Source: an uncultured Candidatus Micrarchaeota archaeon (lineage in GTDB: Archaea > Micrarchaeota > Micrarchaeia > Micrarchaeales > Micrarchaeaceae). Taken from it: DNA of 64,000 bases. Each line of letters opens with the position of its first letter. Within the stretch, counting starts at the first letter, position 1. The stretch lies in assembly GCA_963741095.1 (NCBI GenBank), contig CAVUGN010000005.1, positions 32,001 through 96,000 of the forward strand, in the 5' to 3' direction. The notes below the pieces were generated by a model. That model had not been told where the DNA came from and searched no databases. It saw nothing but the letters and a program-made list of their open reading frames with translations. A program made the translations under genes and the position numbers. This document shows positions 49,334 through 59,190 of this stretch, one piece after another.

Positions 49334-50464
49334 CTAACATATCCCCATCTTTTCTACAATGTTTACAATGTCTACTCCATCATTTTTCATTAATATTTCA
49401 TCTATGTCTTTTGGTTTGACTTTAGCATAGCGCGCAGCAAGTTTGTCGACCTTATCTAAAACTTTTTCTAGCAGCAGCTTCTTCATATCTCCGCTCAGAA
49501 TCTCACCTTTCTTGTACGTTTCGTATAGTTTTTTGCTCTCTTGCTCTTCCAAGAAGTAATATTTCAGGTAGATGTAAGCGACATCATTTTCTGGTATCCC
49601 TCCATACTTTTTGTGTTCTTCGATACTGGTCCTCCCTCCGCTAAAAGCTTTCATTACCTTCTTCATAATTTCGCTTCTGTTTTCAAGGAGGAATATGGCA
49701 TTGTTTTTTGATTTTGACATTTTTGATCCGTCTATTCCGGGAAGGAATTTATTGTGAAGAACTGCAGGGGGGTTGTATCCATATTTGGCCGCGACGTCTC
49801 TGCAGACTCTTAAGTGTGCATCTTCATCAGGTCCGATTGGAACCAGTACATTCTTAATCCCAAGTGTTTGAGGGAATAATACGTGTGCCGCTTGTACCGA
49901 AGGATAGAAATGGAGGCCCACACTCTCGCTATTTTTATAGTCGTATACTGCATTTATTGTAGAAAGAGTTATGCCCTTAGAGAGCTTTATTGCAAAATTG
50001 TAAATATTGGTATATATTTGGTCTATTATTACCTTCGTCTTGTCTTTGTCAAATCCGTACGCTACTAGACTTTTTGTTAGTATCAAAGCATTTTTCAATG
50101 CTTCCTCCTGTGTCGCTACCTTCCTTGTTACATAGCTCTCATCGTCGGATATTGGTATAAATGTTTCGACTCCGTGTGTCTTCTGAAAGTTCTGTATTGT
50201 ATCAAATATGCCCATATGCCCTATGTGGAGAGTTCCGCTGGGATTTAAGCCCGATACGATTGCACTTTTTTCCCCTTTCAATAATCTACCGTAAAATTTA
50301 TCGAAATCCCTATGAGAGTAGAGTAAGCCATTCTTGAAAGCCTTGAATTCGGGTACTTTATCTAAATCTTTTACTCTAAGAGCGCCAAATTGTCGTACTA
50401 GTTTTTCCGTTTCGATTTCCAATAAATCGATAAGGTACTTTTTGTCATTGGTATCTTCTTCCAT
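49334..50464 (-). CDS. trpS: Tryptophanyl-tRNA synthetase (archaeal type)
   Basis: HRDF, SGLNPSGTLHIGH, SDDE, KMSKS, AFSGGR...H...GG. Confidence 0.85.
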   Translation of the reverse strand: MEEDTNDKKYLIDLLEIETEKLVRQFGALRVKDLDKVPEFKAFKNGLLYSHRDFDKFYGRLLKGEKSAIVSGLNPSGTLHIGHMGIFDTIQNFQKTHGVETFIPISDDESYVTRKVATQEEALKNALILTKSLVAYGFDKDKTKVIIDQIYTNIYNFAIKLSKGITLSTINAVYDYKNSESVGLHFYPSVQAAHVLFPQTLGIKNVLVPIGPDEDAHLRVCRDVAAKYGYNPPAVLHNKFLPGIDGSKMSKSKNNAIFLLENRSEIMKKVMKAFSGGRTSIEEHKKYGGIPENDVAYIYLKYYFLEEQESKKLYETYKKGEILSGDMKKLLLEKVLDKVDKLAARYAKVKPKDIDEILMKNDGVDIVNIVEKMGIC

Positions 50465-50579
50465 CTCTCTCAGCTCTTATTAAATCTTAATACGCCCAAA
50501 TTTTGGGCACTGATTATCTATTGTAGCGCTAGCTCCTTAAATCTAATGTTTTGTTAGATTTTGTTTATACACTTGACAT

Positions 50580-51419
50580 TTAATTAATCCTTTTACCTAT
50601 TATAAAACCTATCCTGCTTCTCAATTTTGTTTTATAAGGTTTGGTGAAATTTACTTCGAAACCAGAACTTTCGAGTTTTTTTAATAATGGGATATAACCA
50701 TAATGGTATTCGATGAGTATCCCTTTAAATTTCCTTAAGGTCTCTGTAGTTTCGTAAATCAAGTTATATTCGCACCCTTCGCAATCCATTTTAAGCAGCC
50801 CGTCTTTTATTTTAAATTTCTCTACGATGGTCTTAAGGGTGTTTATTTTAATTTGCTTACCTTTTTCAGATTCGATGATGGTATCGCTCGCACTGCTCTT
50901 ATAGTAAGGATCTATTTTTATATAACAATCTATTCTACCATATCCCTCATTTAATAACGTAATCTTTTTTAATAAGTTATTTGTTTTCAGGTTCTTCAGG
51001 GCCACAGAATATGTGTATGGATAGGGCTCAAACGCGTATACATGTTTTGCGGAAGACATTGCAAAATAAATGGCTGAATCCCCGATATTTGCTCCAATAT
51101 CGATTACCGAAGCGTTACGTAAGCGTATTTTAGAGTAGTTTTGCATAATAAATTGTTCATAGATCATAGCTAACGTATTGGATATGAGTTTACTTTTTCC
51201 GCCATGATAAAATTTAAGCACTCTGTTTTTAAAACGAAATTCGGTGTATAGATTGTTTATTTTTATTTTTGATTGTCCTTTCCTAGTTTGGATTAATATT
51301 TGATTTTCTAGTTTAGTACTAATCGATAAAATTTCTTCTGAGAATTTAGAGATAACTTCTAAAAACGGCGTAATTTTCGAATCCTCTTTGGCGGTTATGG
51401 TAAAACCTAGTTTTTCCAT
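50580..51419 (-). CDS. FkbM-family methyltransferase
   Basis: VIDIGANIGDSA, AFEP, LKMDCEGCE, IEYH. Confidence 0.9.
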   Translation of the reverse strand: MEKLGFTITAKEDSKITPFLEVISKFSEEILSISTKLENQILIQTRKGQSKIKINNLYTEFRFKNRVLKFYHGGKSKLISNTLAMIYEQFIMQNYSKIRLRNASVIDIGANIGDSAIYFAMSSAKHVYAFEPYPYTYSVALKNLKTNNLLKKITLLNEGYGRIDCYIKIDPYYKSSASDTIIESEKGKQIKINTLKTIVEKFKIKDGLLKMDCEGCEYNLIYETTETLRKFKGILIEYHYGYIPLLKKLESSGFEVNFTKPYKTKLRSRIGFIIGKRIN

Positions 51420-51511
51420 ACCTAATTGTTTTAATGTTCTACCTTTTATTTGAGATTTTTGTATATGATCATCCGGTATGGCAAAGGCGATCTCAACACA
51501 AATTTATGACT

Positions 51512-52636
51512 TTATCTATTTGCCTTTATATGTAAGAATGGAATATTAATCTCATCACGCGAAAGACCGCCGTGCTCCGCCTTCCAATTCCATCCATGTG
51601 AAGGGAAACTGGGCTTAGTAGCGATTGCGACTATGTCACCAATCTCGTCAAAATGTGATGGGTCAAATCCGAATAACTTTTTAAGTTCTTTATCAGTTCT
51701 TCTAAATACAACACCGGATGAGCCAACTTGTTTTTTAATATCCAAAAAAGCTGCATCTGATTTACTGTATATGTAACGTGCTCTTCCGACACCGCCAGCT
51801 TCACAATAGATAAGATTTTTGATCTTTTCTAAATTTAGCTTCTTTGTATTTTTCTGGTCTATCTGTCCATGATCCGAAACAAAGAGGTAATCATAGCTTG
51901 GATTTTTATTTATGATTTCCGAGATAAGGATGGAGCTCATTTCGAGTAATTTTTGGGTTTTATTATTTTTAACTCCGAATATATGCATTATTTCATCAAA
52001 ATCAACGAAAACGCATAAAACAGAGGGACCCTCTTCTTCTATTAGATTTTCCGCCTTTCTGAAAAGTTCTCTTAGTTCTTCCTTATAATTACGATTATCT
52101 TCAGGTCCGATAAGGGGTATCTTTATACGTAAAGATTCCCCGAGAATTTCATCCCACAAAGACGAGCTTAACCATGGTAGAGCAAGACTCAAGAAGACGG
52201 GGTCTGATTTCGAGTACTCTAAGAACGAATGAATCTTGCCACTTTTTTTATATCGTTTGTTTTTTATTTTTTGGCCGTTCAGGCCAGTAACTCGGTCACT
52301 CATTAGACTAAACAATCCTTTATCTTTGCGGGAATAGAATGCAGTTCCCAATAGTTTATGTTTATCGGGTTTCACGCCAAAAAATATAGAGGGGTATGCG
52401 GTGTATGTCCCAGTAGGGAAGTTGCTATTAAAACATTTTAGATTGCGGAGGTTTATCCTATTATTAAAATGCTTTTTAAATTCGAAATAATTGAGGGAAT
52501 CAAATAAGAAGATGACCTTTTTGGTATCTTTCACCATTTGGCTTTTTAGATACCGACCAATTACATCTGGGGTTTTTTTAGAGTTCGGCACTTCCAATCC
52601 AGAATTGATATTCTTTATTGATTCTCTCTTTACCAT
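51512..52636 (-). CDS. Alkaline phosphatase superfamily (nucleotide pyrophosphatase/phosphodiesterase-like)
   Basis: FLFDS, FPTGT, D...H..G, SDHGQ, HGGLS..E..IP. Confidence 0.82.
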   Translation of the reverse strand: MVKRESIKNINSGLEVPNSKKTPDVIGRYLKSQMVKDTKKVIFLFDSLNYFEFKKHFNNRINLRNLKCFNSNFPTGTYTAYPSIFFGVKPDKHKLLGTAFYSRKDKGLFSLMSDRVTGLNGQKIKNKRYKKSGKIHSFLEYSKSDPVFLSLALPWLSSSLWDEILGESLRIKIPLIGPEDNRNYKEELRELFRKAENLIEEEGPSVLCVFVDFDEIMHIFGVKNNKTQKLLEMSSILISEIINKNPSYDYLFVSDHGQIDQKNTKKLNLEKIKNLIYCEAGGVGRARYIYSKSDAAFLDIKKQVGSSGVVFRRTDKELKKLFGFDPSHFDEIGDIVAIATKPSFPSHGWNWKAEHGGLSRDEINIPFLHIKANR

Positions 52637-53015
52637 ATTAATGATTTGGGGGGTAGTAATTTATATCCGACTCCAGTTTTCCCACCATGTGGGTCAAAAT
52701 TTTCTAGGGAATCTGCTTTAGGGTCATTCTTCAATTATCAAGACCAAAGTATACTTGGCGGCTTCCAATTGGCACTGGATGGACCGTTGCGCTATATCAA
52801 TTTTCAAATCGGAACGCGTACATAAAATTTAGCATGGAGGTATACGGGACCGTCGAAAAGACAACGGCAGCATGCAAATCACGAAGGGCTAAAGAATGGG
52901 GCTATTGGTGAAGGAATGACTGCCGGTATAGTTAGAGGCATATTTGTAGCATGATTCAAAGGGAGAAGGAGATGATTACAGGCAATTCGAATTGTTTGTG
53001 ATGCACTTAGCGGCG

Positions 53016-53870
53016 TTACAACTTTGATGCCCTTTTGGGGTGGAGCGGTTCACTTTTTTCGTTTACTTCTTTTACCACTTTTAGGAGGGAGTTATAGACC
53101 CTGAGTTTAGTAGTTTCGAAGATTAGAGCATTCAAATCTTTCGGCAAACAGCTTCCTCCAAACGGACCTCTGCTCGGATCTAGATGGCTCGAACCAATCC
53201 GCCTATCCAAACCAACTATTTTCATTACACAAATAGGGTCCACATGCATTCGTCTGCATATTACGCCCATCTGATTGGCGAAAGAGACTTTTGTTGCTAA
53301 AAACGAATTGGATGCATATTTTGCAAGTTCTGCGGTATTGGGATCTACTACAATTACGTGTTTTGTGAATCCTTTGTATAAATTGCACAATTTTTTAATC
53401 GCTTTAGTGTCATACCCACCTATAACTATCCTATCTGGATGTAAGAAGTCTTTATATGAATTACTAGCTGTTAAAAACTCTGGATTAAACAGTACTTCAA
53501 CATTTGTAGTTCTCGCTTGCACCATTCTAATTAATTTGTCAGTAGTTCCAACCATAATTGTGGACTTAACTACTATTATCGTCCTTCGCTTACATACGGC
53601 GGCAATTTCCCGAATCATTTTGTAGACTATACTAGAATTGTTGCTACCGTCACGATTTTGGGTGGTTGGTACGCACACAAATATAATTTCGGAGTTATCA
53701 ACTAACTTCTCAAGCTTGTTGTATACCGTATATCCTTTTGTTTTAGCATTCTTAAACGCTACGCATGAGATATCGTATACGCATATGGTATGGCCTAGTT
53801 TTCCAAACCCATTGGCTACTGCTGAGCCAACATAACCAAATCCAACTATCCCAAGGCGCATCGTATTCAA
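53016..53870 (-). CDS. UDP-glucose/GDP-mannose dehydrogenase family, short form
   Basis: GFGYVG, VCVPT, KST, NPEFL, AELAKY, GGSCLPKD; no C-terminal domain. Confidence 0.88.
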   Translation of the reverse strand: MNTMRLGIVGFGYVGSAVANGFGKLGHTICVYDISCVAFKNAKTKGYTVYNKLEKLVDNSEIIFVCVPTTQNRDGSNNSSIVYKMIREIAAVCKRRTIIVVKSTIMVGTTDKLIRMVQARTTNVEVLFNPEFLTASNSYKDFLHPDRIVIGGYDTKAIKKLCNLYKGFTKHVIVVDPNTAELAKYASNSFLATKVSFANQMGVICRRMHVDPICVMKIVGLDRRIGSSHLDPSRGPFGGSCLPKDLNALIFETTKLRVYNSLLKVVKEVNEKSEPLHPKRASKL

Positions 53871-53921
53871 CTCATTTATCTATATATAGGGCGGACATTG
53901 GATGGTAAGCTGGAGTAGTCG

Positions 53922-54013
53922 AGCCAGGAGAGGGATTTTCGTGTTGATATTAACATATCGAACCCCCCTGTGTCGCTCTGCAGGCGACCGCATAGCCTAT
54001 CTGCCATCCTGGC
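53922..54013 (-). tRNA. tRNA-Cys(GCA) with 21-nt intron (53936-53956) at position 59/60
   Basis: Acceptor GCCAGGA/TCCTGGC with U73, anticodon arm GTCGC-CTGCAGA-GCGAC, BHB motif in the T-loop. Confidence 0.9.
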
Positions 54014-54077
54014 CCGTTGCGATTTCTCACTGATGTTATTTATAGTTTCTCTTTTATTATCTTCACGAGGTGAACCA

Positions 54078-55214
54078 ATGGCACTGAACAGGATACCCGA
54101 CGAACTGATATCGAAGACGCTTACGTTTGACTACAAGACGCCGATAACGAAAGTCATACCGGAACTTGTGAAGCACCCGGCCGTGGTCGTGTACAAGAAC
54201 AAGAGCTATCTCGGCATAATAGACTCGAGAACTTTCTACAGGTCCGGCCAGAACCTGAGGCTCGGGAAGACCGAAACGCTTGAGAAGTTCATCACCAAGG
54301 TGCCCCGCATAACCGAGAGCACCTCGGTCGAGGATCTCGTTTATTATTTCTACAGAGCGAGAGTGAAGGCCCTGCCTTATTCCGACGGCAAGAGGATCAT
54401 CGGCGTCCTTGACAGGACGACGCTGCTCAAGATGATGCTCTCCATGGGCATGCTGAAGGACATACAGGTGAGGGAGGCTATGACCACGCCGGTCCTCGCG
54501 ATAGGCAACGACGCGAGCATAACGCAGGCGAAGGCGACGATGCGCGACCAGAAGGTCAACAGGCTGGTTGTACTCGACAACGGCAGGCTCGCAGGCCTGA
54601 TAACCAATCATGACATAGTCCAGGGTTACACTAAAATAGAGGACAGATTGCCGGAGAGGAGCAGCAGGAACTACGGAGCCTCGAACGTCACGGTCAGCGA
54701 CATGATGGAGCGCAACCCGAGGCGCATCGACTACGACAAGAGCCTTACCGACGCGGTGAGGGAGCTGATAGAGAATAACATCTCATCCATTCTTGTGCTG
54801 AGGAAGGGCAGCCCCGCAGGCATGCTAACGGTGATGGACGTCCTCGAAAGCGTCATAGCGAAGAGGAGGATAGAGGAGAGAAGGATATTCATATCCGGGC
54901 TCGACGCGGATTCCTATCAGTACAGCGACGAGATAAACGAGGAGCTGAAAAGCCTGATAGAGAAGGCCGAGAAGATGAACGGCGTGAAGGTCGATTACGT
55001 GACCTTCAGGGTCAAGAAGGTTGGAAACAAATCCTATGAGGTGCAGGTAAGGCTGTCCATAGGGAACAAGGGGATAATCAGCCTGCACACCACCGAACCG
55101 AACTTTGAGGAATCGATGAGGGAGGTCATGGAGAGGCTGAGGAAGATGCTGATAAAGGAGAAGGAGATGATGCAGACTTCAAGGAAGATAAACTTGTACA
55201 GGGAAGCGGAATGA
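54078..55214 (+). CDS. Multi-CBS domain protein with C-terminal HPF/RaiA-like domain
   Basis: Four CBS-like repeats; C-terminal mixed alpha/beta segment; GAGGTGA RBS before ATG 54078. Confidence 0.78.
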   Translation: MALNRIPDELISKTLTFDYKTPITKVIPELVKHPAVVVYKNKSYLGIIDSRTFYRSGQNLRLGKTETLEKFITKVPRITESTSVEDLVYYFYRARVKALPYSDGKRIIGVLDRTTLLKMMLSMGMLKDIQVREAMTTPVLAIGNDASITQAKATMRDQKVNRLVVLDNGRLAGLITNHDIVQGYTKIEDRLPERSSRNYGASNVTVSDMMERNPRRIDYDKSLTDAVRELIENNISSILVLRKGSPAGMLTVMDVLESVIAKRRIEERRIFISGLDADSYQYSDEINEELKSLIEKAEKMNGVKVDYVTFRVKKVGNKSYEVQVRLSIGNKGIISLHTTEPNFEESMREVMERLRKMLIKEKEMMQTSRKINLYREAE

Positions 55215-55693
55215 GCAGCTATCCGAGGAAGAGCAACAACAAGAAGGCGCAGTCGAGCCTGGAACTACTGATAACGCTCTCCTTCGGGCTCATTGTGCTG
55301 CTTCCGATAGTGGCGCTCGCATTCATACAGATGGCGAGCTCCACCTCCACGCTCTCGACGGCCGAGGCGCAAGAAGCAGCCACTAAGCTCGCAAGCATCG
55401 CAACTGCGGTCGGATCACAGGGTTATCCGGCGAAGCAGCTCGTCTTAATCCAGGTTCCGCCGAACATAAACAACATATTCGTCGGTAACACGATGGGCGG
55501 GATAGGCCACGAGATCGTCTTCCTCGTGACAACGAACGCGGGTCCCAGCTACGTGACGGCATACACACCGCTCAACGTCAGCGGATACCTGCAGAACATA
55601 GCGCAGACCGGCACTTACCTTGTCAACGTCAGCGCGCAGAACTCCTGCCCCTCGGTGCCTTCGTCGCCGTGCGTTTATATAAAATCCACGTAA
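55211..55693 (+). CDS. Class III signal peptide pilin-like protein
   Basis: KKAQSSLELLITLSFGLIVLL. Confidence 0.82.
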   Translation: MSSYPRKSNNKKAQSSLELLITLSFGLIVLLPIVALAFIQMASSTSTLSTAEAQEAATKLASIATAVGSQGYPAKQLVLIQVPPNINNIFVGNTMGGIGHEIVFLVTTNAGPSYVTAYTPLNVSGYLQNIAQTGTYLVNVSAQNSCPSVPSSPCVYIKST

Positions 55694-55718
55694 GGACTCT
55701 TATCCTCAAAAAAGTTTG

Positions 55719-56363
55719 TTATTGGATTCTCAATAGGTAGGTGTTCCTGTAGAGCTTCTTTCCACCCTTTATCGTGGCGAGCGTCGCCGAGAGCTTCGAC
55801 TTCAGCCGCTTCGCCTTCAGGAATTCTGCCGTGAGCTTCTTGTCGCTGACGTAGATGTCGAAGCCGTTCGTCACCTGCTCCGACTTCGCTATGAAGGCGC
55901 CGTTCTTCGCTATGTAGTCGAAGAGCTTCTCCGCGATCTTGTCCGCCTTCACGACGTCGCCGCGCAGCTGGACCAGGGCTTCGTAATAACCTGAGCTTAT
56001 CTTGTAGCAGCGCGGGCATATCTGCTTTATCGGCCGCACGTCCATGGTGGTGTTGAACTTCGCGATCTCGCCGTTCACGTCGCATTCGTACTCGATATCG
56101 ATCTTGTTCTTCAAGAAGCCGGTGACCTTTGCGGTGCAGTCGCGCACGTGGGCGACCGAATTCACCAGCTCGCTCAGCGCCACGTTACCGAGGGGCTTGT
56201 ACTGGCCCTTGACCCTTATGTTGCCGCAGCGCCCGCACCGGTACATGTCGACCGAATTCGCTATCGTGCCGCGTATCTTGTCGGCTGTGCAGAACTCGCA
56301 GATCTCGCCGATGAACTTCACCTCGTCGGAGGACCTGTTGCATATAGGGCAGCGTATTGTCAT
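55719..56363 (-). CDS. NMD3-family protein
   Basis: Four CxxC pairs; CPRCYKISSGYYEALVQLR; GFDIY. Confidence 0.88.
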   Translation of the reverse strand: MTIRCPICNRSSDEVKFIGEICEFCTADKIRGTIANSVDMYRCGRCGNIRVKGQYKPLGNVALSELVNSVAHVRDCTAKVTGFLKNKIDIEYECDVNGEIAKFNTTMDVRPIKQICPRCYKISSGYYEALVQLRGDVVKADKIAEKLFDYIAKNGAFIAKSEQVTNGFDIYVSDKKLTAEFLKAKRLKSKLSATLATIKGGKKLYRNTYLLRIQ

Positions 56364-56381
56364 TCAAATCAGGCTGAGAGA

Positions 56382-57950
56382 TCAGGCGTAGTGCCTGCTT
56401 ATTATGGCGCTGTAGGCCGGCCTTGTTATCATCACTCCGAGAAGCGCGCCTATGATTGTCGATTCGGAGAAGCCGATGACGGTGACCAGCGAGGTGGAGA
56501 AGAACAATGGCAGCATCGCGATTACCAGGAGTATCGCGTCGGCCCAGATTATGTAGAAGGCGTTGCCGAGCAACGTCTTTGCAGAAGTCGTTTCGTGCTT
56601 CCTGCTGAGCATCTCGTCCGTGATTATTATCTGCGCGTCGACTCCCGTTCCTACGACGGCTATCATGCCCGCAACTGCGGAGAGGTCGATGGTGCCTATA
56701 AGGCCTATGATCGACACGATTATGAAGAGCTCCGTGAACGTCGTGAGCAGTATCGGGGCCACCAGGAATAATTTCTTGTACCTGACGACCATGAAGAGGG
56801 ACACCGCGGCGATCGCCAGGAGTCCGGCTATGCCGCTGACGACGAGGAAGTGCTGGCCCAGAGTCGCGGGTATGGTCTCTGGTGTACCAGCTATTATCGC
56901 AACCGGAAGGGCTCCTCCGCTCAGTATGCTTGCGATCGTCTTGGTCTGCTCTTGCGCGAAGACGAGCTTGTTGGCGGCGCTGAGGTGCGACGGAGCGGCT
57001 CCAGAGATCTCGTAGCTCTGGCTGACGTTGCCGTTGGTTATCGCCGGGCTCAAGGCGGGCGAGGAGAGAAGGCCGACTATCGGCCATGAATTGAGGACCG
57101 TGCTGTTCACCGACAGCTTGGTGTACGAGGGGCTCATGTTCGCTGCACCCTCAAGCTTGACAGTGTAGTTTTTGCTATGGAGATAGCCTATCAATGTCTT
57201 GTTTAGGTTGGAGCTCGCTATGACCTGCGTGTACTTGTTCGATGCGAGGAAGCTCTCGGCGCTGATCATGCTCGAGTTGGAGCTGTACACAGCTATGACA
57301 GGTATGGTGCGGTTGCCGAACGCCAGTGCCTTCTGCATCGCGGCCAGAGACTGCGAGCCGCTCAGGCCAACGCTTGCGTTGCCGAGCTGCGATGCATTTA
57401 TGAGCACAAGGGTCGATGACGGGCGGTCGAGGAACATGTACAGGGGCATGTTGCCCTGCCCGAGCACTGCCGTGGCAAAGTGCTTGGCGGCATCCTGTGT
57501 TATGTAGAATGTAACGGACCACTGTACGCTGTTGTTGAACTGCTGCGGGGGTATCTCCCCGATGGTCCCGTGGATTATGTCGGTGCCGTTGACCGCTTCC
57601 CTGCCGTTGACCACGCCATCGAAGGTTCCCTGGCTCTGTATGACGCTGATCGTCTGGTTGACATCGCTCCCGGAGACCGATGGTATTGTTACATAGACGT
57701 GAGTGTCCCCGACTCCTTCGACGGTCACCTGCTTCAGGCCGAAGGTGGAGACCCTCTGCTGCAATGAAGATATCAATGCGGTCATCGCGGTGACGTTTAT
57801 CGAATGCTCCAATGTTATGGGTATCTGCGTCCCTCCGACGAACTCTATTCCGAAGTGTATGCCGTAGTTCAGATCGAGAATGGCCATGGCTGCGACTATG
57901 ACTATCAGGATGAGTATCCTCCTGTCCTTTAGGTAGTCCGTTCTGCTCAT
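56382..57950 (-). CDS. secD: Protein translocase subunit SecD
   Basis: GIEFVGGT, RVSTFGL, GGALP, ATLG, GTGVDAQIIITDE. Confidence 0.93.
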   Translation of the reverse strand: MSRTDYLKDRRILILIVIVAAMAILDLNYGIHFGIEFVGGTQIPITLEHSINVTAMTALISSLQQRVSTFGLKQVTVEGVGDTHVYVTIPSVSGSDVNQTISVIQSQGTFDGVVNGREAVNGTDIIHGTIGEIPPQQFNNSVQWSVTFYITQDAAKHFATAVLGQGNMPLYMFLDRPSSTLVLINASQLGNASVGLSGSQSLAAMQKALAFGNRTIPVIAVYSSNSSMISAESFLASNKYTQVIASSNLNKTLIGYLHSKNYTVKLEGAANMSPSYTKLSVNSTVLNSWPIVGLLSSPALSPAITNGNVSQSYEISGAAPSHLSAANKLVFAQEQTKTIASILSGGALPVAIIAGTPETIPATLGQHFLVVSGIAGLLAIAAVSLFMVVRYKKLFLVAPILLTTFTELFIIVSIIGLIGTIDLSAVAGMIAVVGTGVDAQIIITDEMLSRKHETTSAKTLLGNAFYIIWADAILLVIAMLPLFFSTSLVTVIGFSESTIIGALLGVMITRPAYSAIISRHYA

Positions 57951-59095
57951 TGTTTGGCCTCTTTGCTCTGCTTGTGCCACAGCACCAACGGAGTGTCTGC
58001 GCACCAGGTGGTTATGATATCGACAATCAGTCCTATCAGGACGACTCCGGATATCTCGTAGTACGTGGGTATGAACGTCAGGTATGAGACGATGAACAGT
58101 ATTGAGAACGACAGTATCGCGGATATGGTCATGGTCACTCCGGTCTTGAAGGTGCCAAAGGCCCTCTCGGACGAGGTGCCCTCAGTCCTCTTGAGTATCT
58201 TGACAGCAGCCAGCAGGTCCGTGTCTATCGAATAGCCCAGCAGCATCAATATGCCGCCTATCGATGCCACGCCGAGTGGTATTCCAAAAACGGCCATGGC
58301 ACCCAGCGCCACAAGTATGTCGTTCGCAGCGCCGAAGACGACCGTAATGGATGGTATGGGGTCCCTGAAGATGACGAACACTGATATGGCAAGGAGTATG
58401 AACGACCAGATGATTATGTTCTGCATCTGCCCCAGGAAGAACGTTCCCAGCGTGGGGGTCACGGAGTTGTACGAGTAGGATGTGAAGGAGATTATGCTCT
58501 TGAGCGCGGCCACGACCTTGGTCTCGTATGCCGCGGATGAATCGGTGTACGCGCTCTTCGCGAGCGCGAGCATCGCATCCGGGTCTGTTGAGTTGTAGCT
58601 GGTTCCGCTCTGCGGAGGCCCTAGGGCGGTGAGTTCTGCGGCGAGCTGGGCGTCGATTGCGGACAGTGCCTTCAGCCTCTGCTTTGTCGCGTTGGCCGCA
58701 AGCGACTGTATAGTTGAATTGTCAGGCTGGACGGTGAGCCTATTCTGGTACAGCGTCAAGTTCGCGTCGGCCGAGGTGTAGTTGCCGTACGCACCGTATA
58801 TGCTCAGGAGATGGGTCTCCGCGTTGGCCAGGCTGGCGTTCGTGGCTATCGTTATGGAAAGTCCTCCGGGGGACATCTGCACGCTCGCCTCTGCGCCGGG
58901 TATGGCGGAATCGATTGACTGCGTGAGCTGCCTTATGTCGACTATCGAGTTGGTCTGGATCTGGACGTTTATGCCCCCCCTCAGCGAGGTGTCGAGCTGT
59001 ATCTTTGGTATGAAATAGAAGCTTATCAGTAGCAGCGCTATCGGTATGATTATCATCAGCTTGTAATGCTTACTCTCGTATATGTTCGGTAACAT
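57947..59095 (-). CDS. secF: Protein translocase subunit SecF
   Basis: LRGG, PTLG, LMLLGYSIDTDLL. Confidence 0.92.
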   Translation of the reverse strand: MLPNIYESKHYKLMIIIPIALLLISFYFIPKIQLDTSLRGGINVQIQTNSIVDIRQLTQSIDSAIPGAEASVQMSPGGLSITIATNASLANAETHLLSIYGAYGNYTSADANLTLYQNRLTVQPDNSTIQSLAANATKQRLKALSAIDAQLAAELTALGPPQSGTSYNSTDPDAMLALAKSAYTDSSAAYETKVVAALKSIISFTSYSYNSVTPTLGTFFLGQMQNIIIWSFILLAISVFVIFRDPIPSITVVFGAANDILVALGAMAVFGIPLGVASIGGILMLLGYSIDTDLLAAVKILKRTEGTSSERAFGTFKTGVTMTISAILSFSILFIVSYLTFIPTYYEISGVVLIGLIVDIITTWCADTPLVLWHKQSKEAKQ

Positions 59096-59190
59096 CAAAA
59101 CCAGTGATATTGATAAGGTCAAGAAAATATAAAAAGGAGTGATGAAAAGGCGTTTTCAGCCCTTTCACCAGCTTCTTCAAACTGAAAAGA

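Larger units (their letters stand above)
44659..53934. mobile_element. AT-rich genomic island at tRNA-Cys 3' end
   Basis: AGCCAGGAGAGGG direct repeat at 44659-44671 and 53922-53934, coinciding with an abrupt composition shift. Confidence 0.82.

Noticed and set aside
1369-49336. Genome-wide stop-codon recoding suggested by in-frame TAG (15759, 49334) and TGA (47542)
   Set aside because: Conserved genes end properly at TAG (Lsm, KaiC-like) and TGA (hjc, ahcY, secD), and long ORFs are intact under the standard code.
53970-54077. N-terminal extension of the CBS ORF
   Set aside because: It overlaps tRNA-Cys, and a clear RBS precedes ATG 54078.
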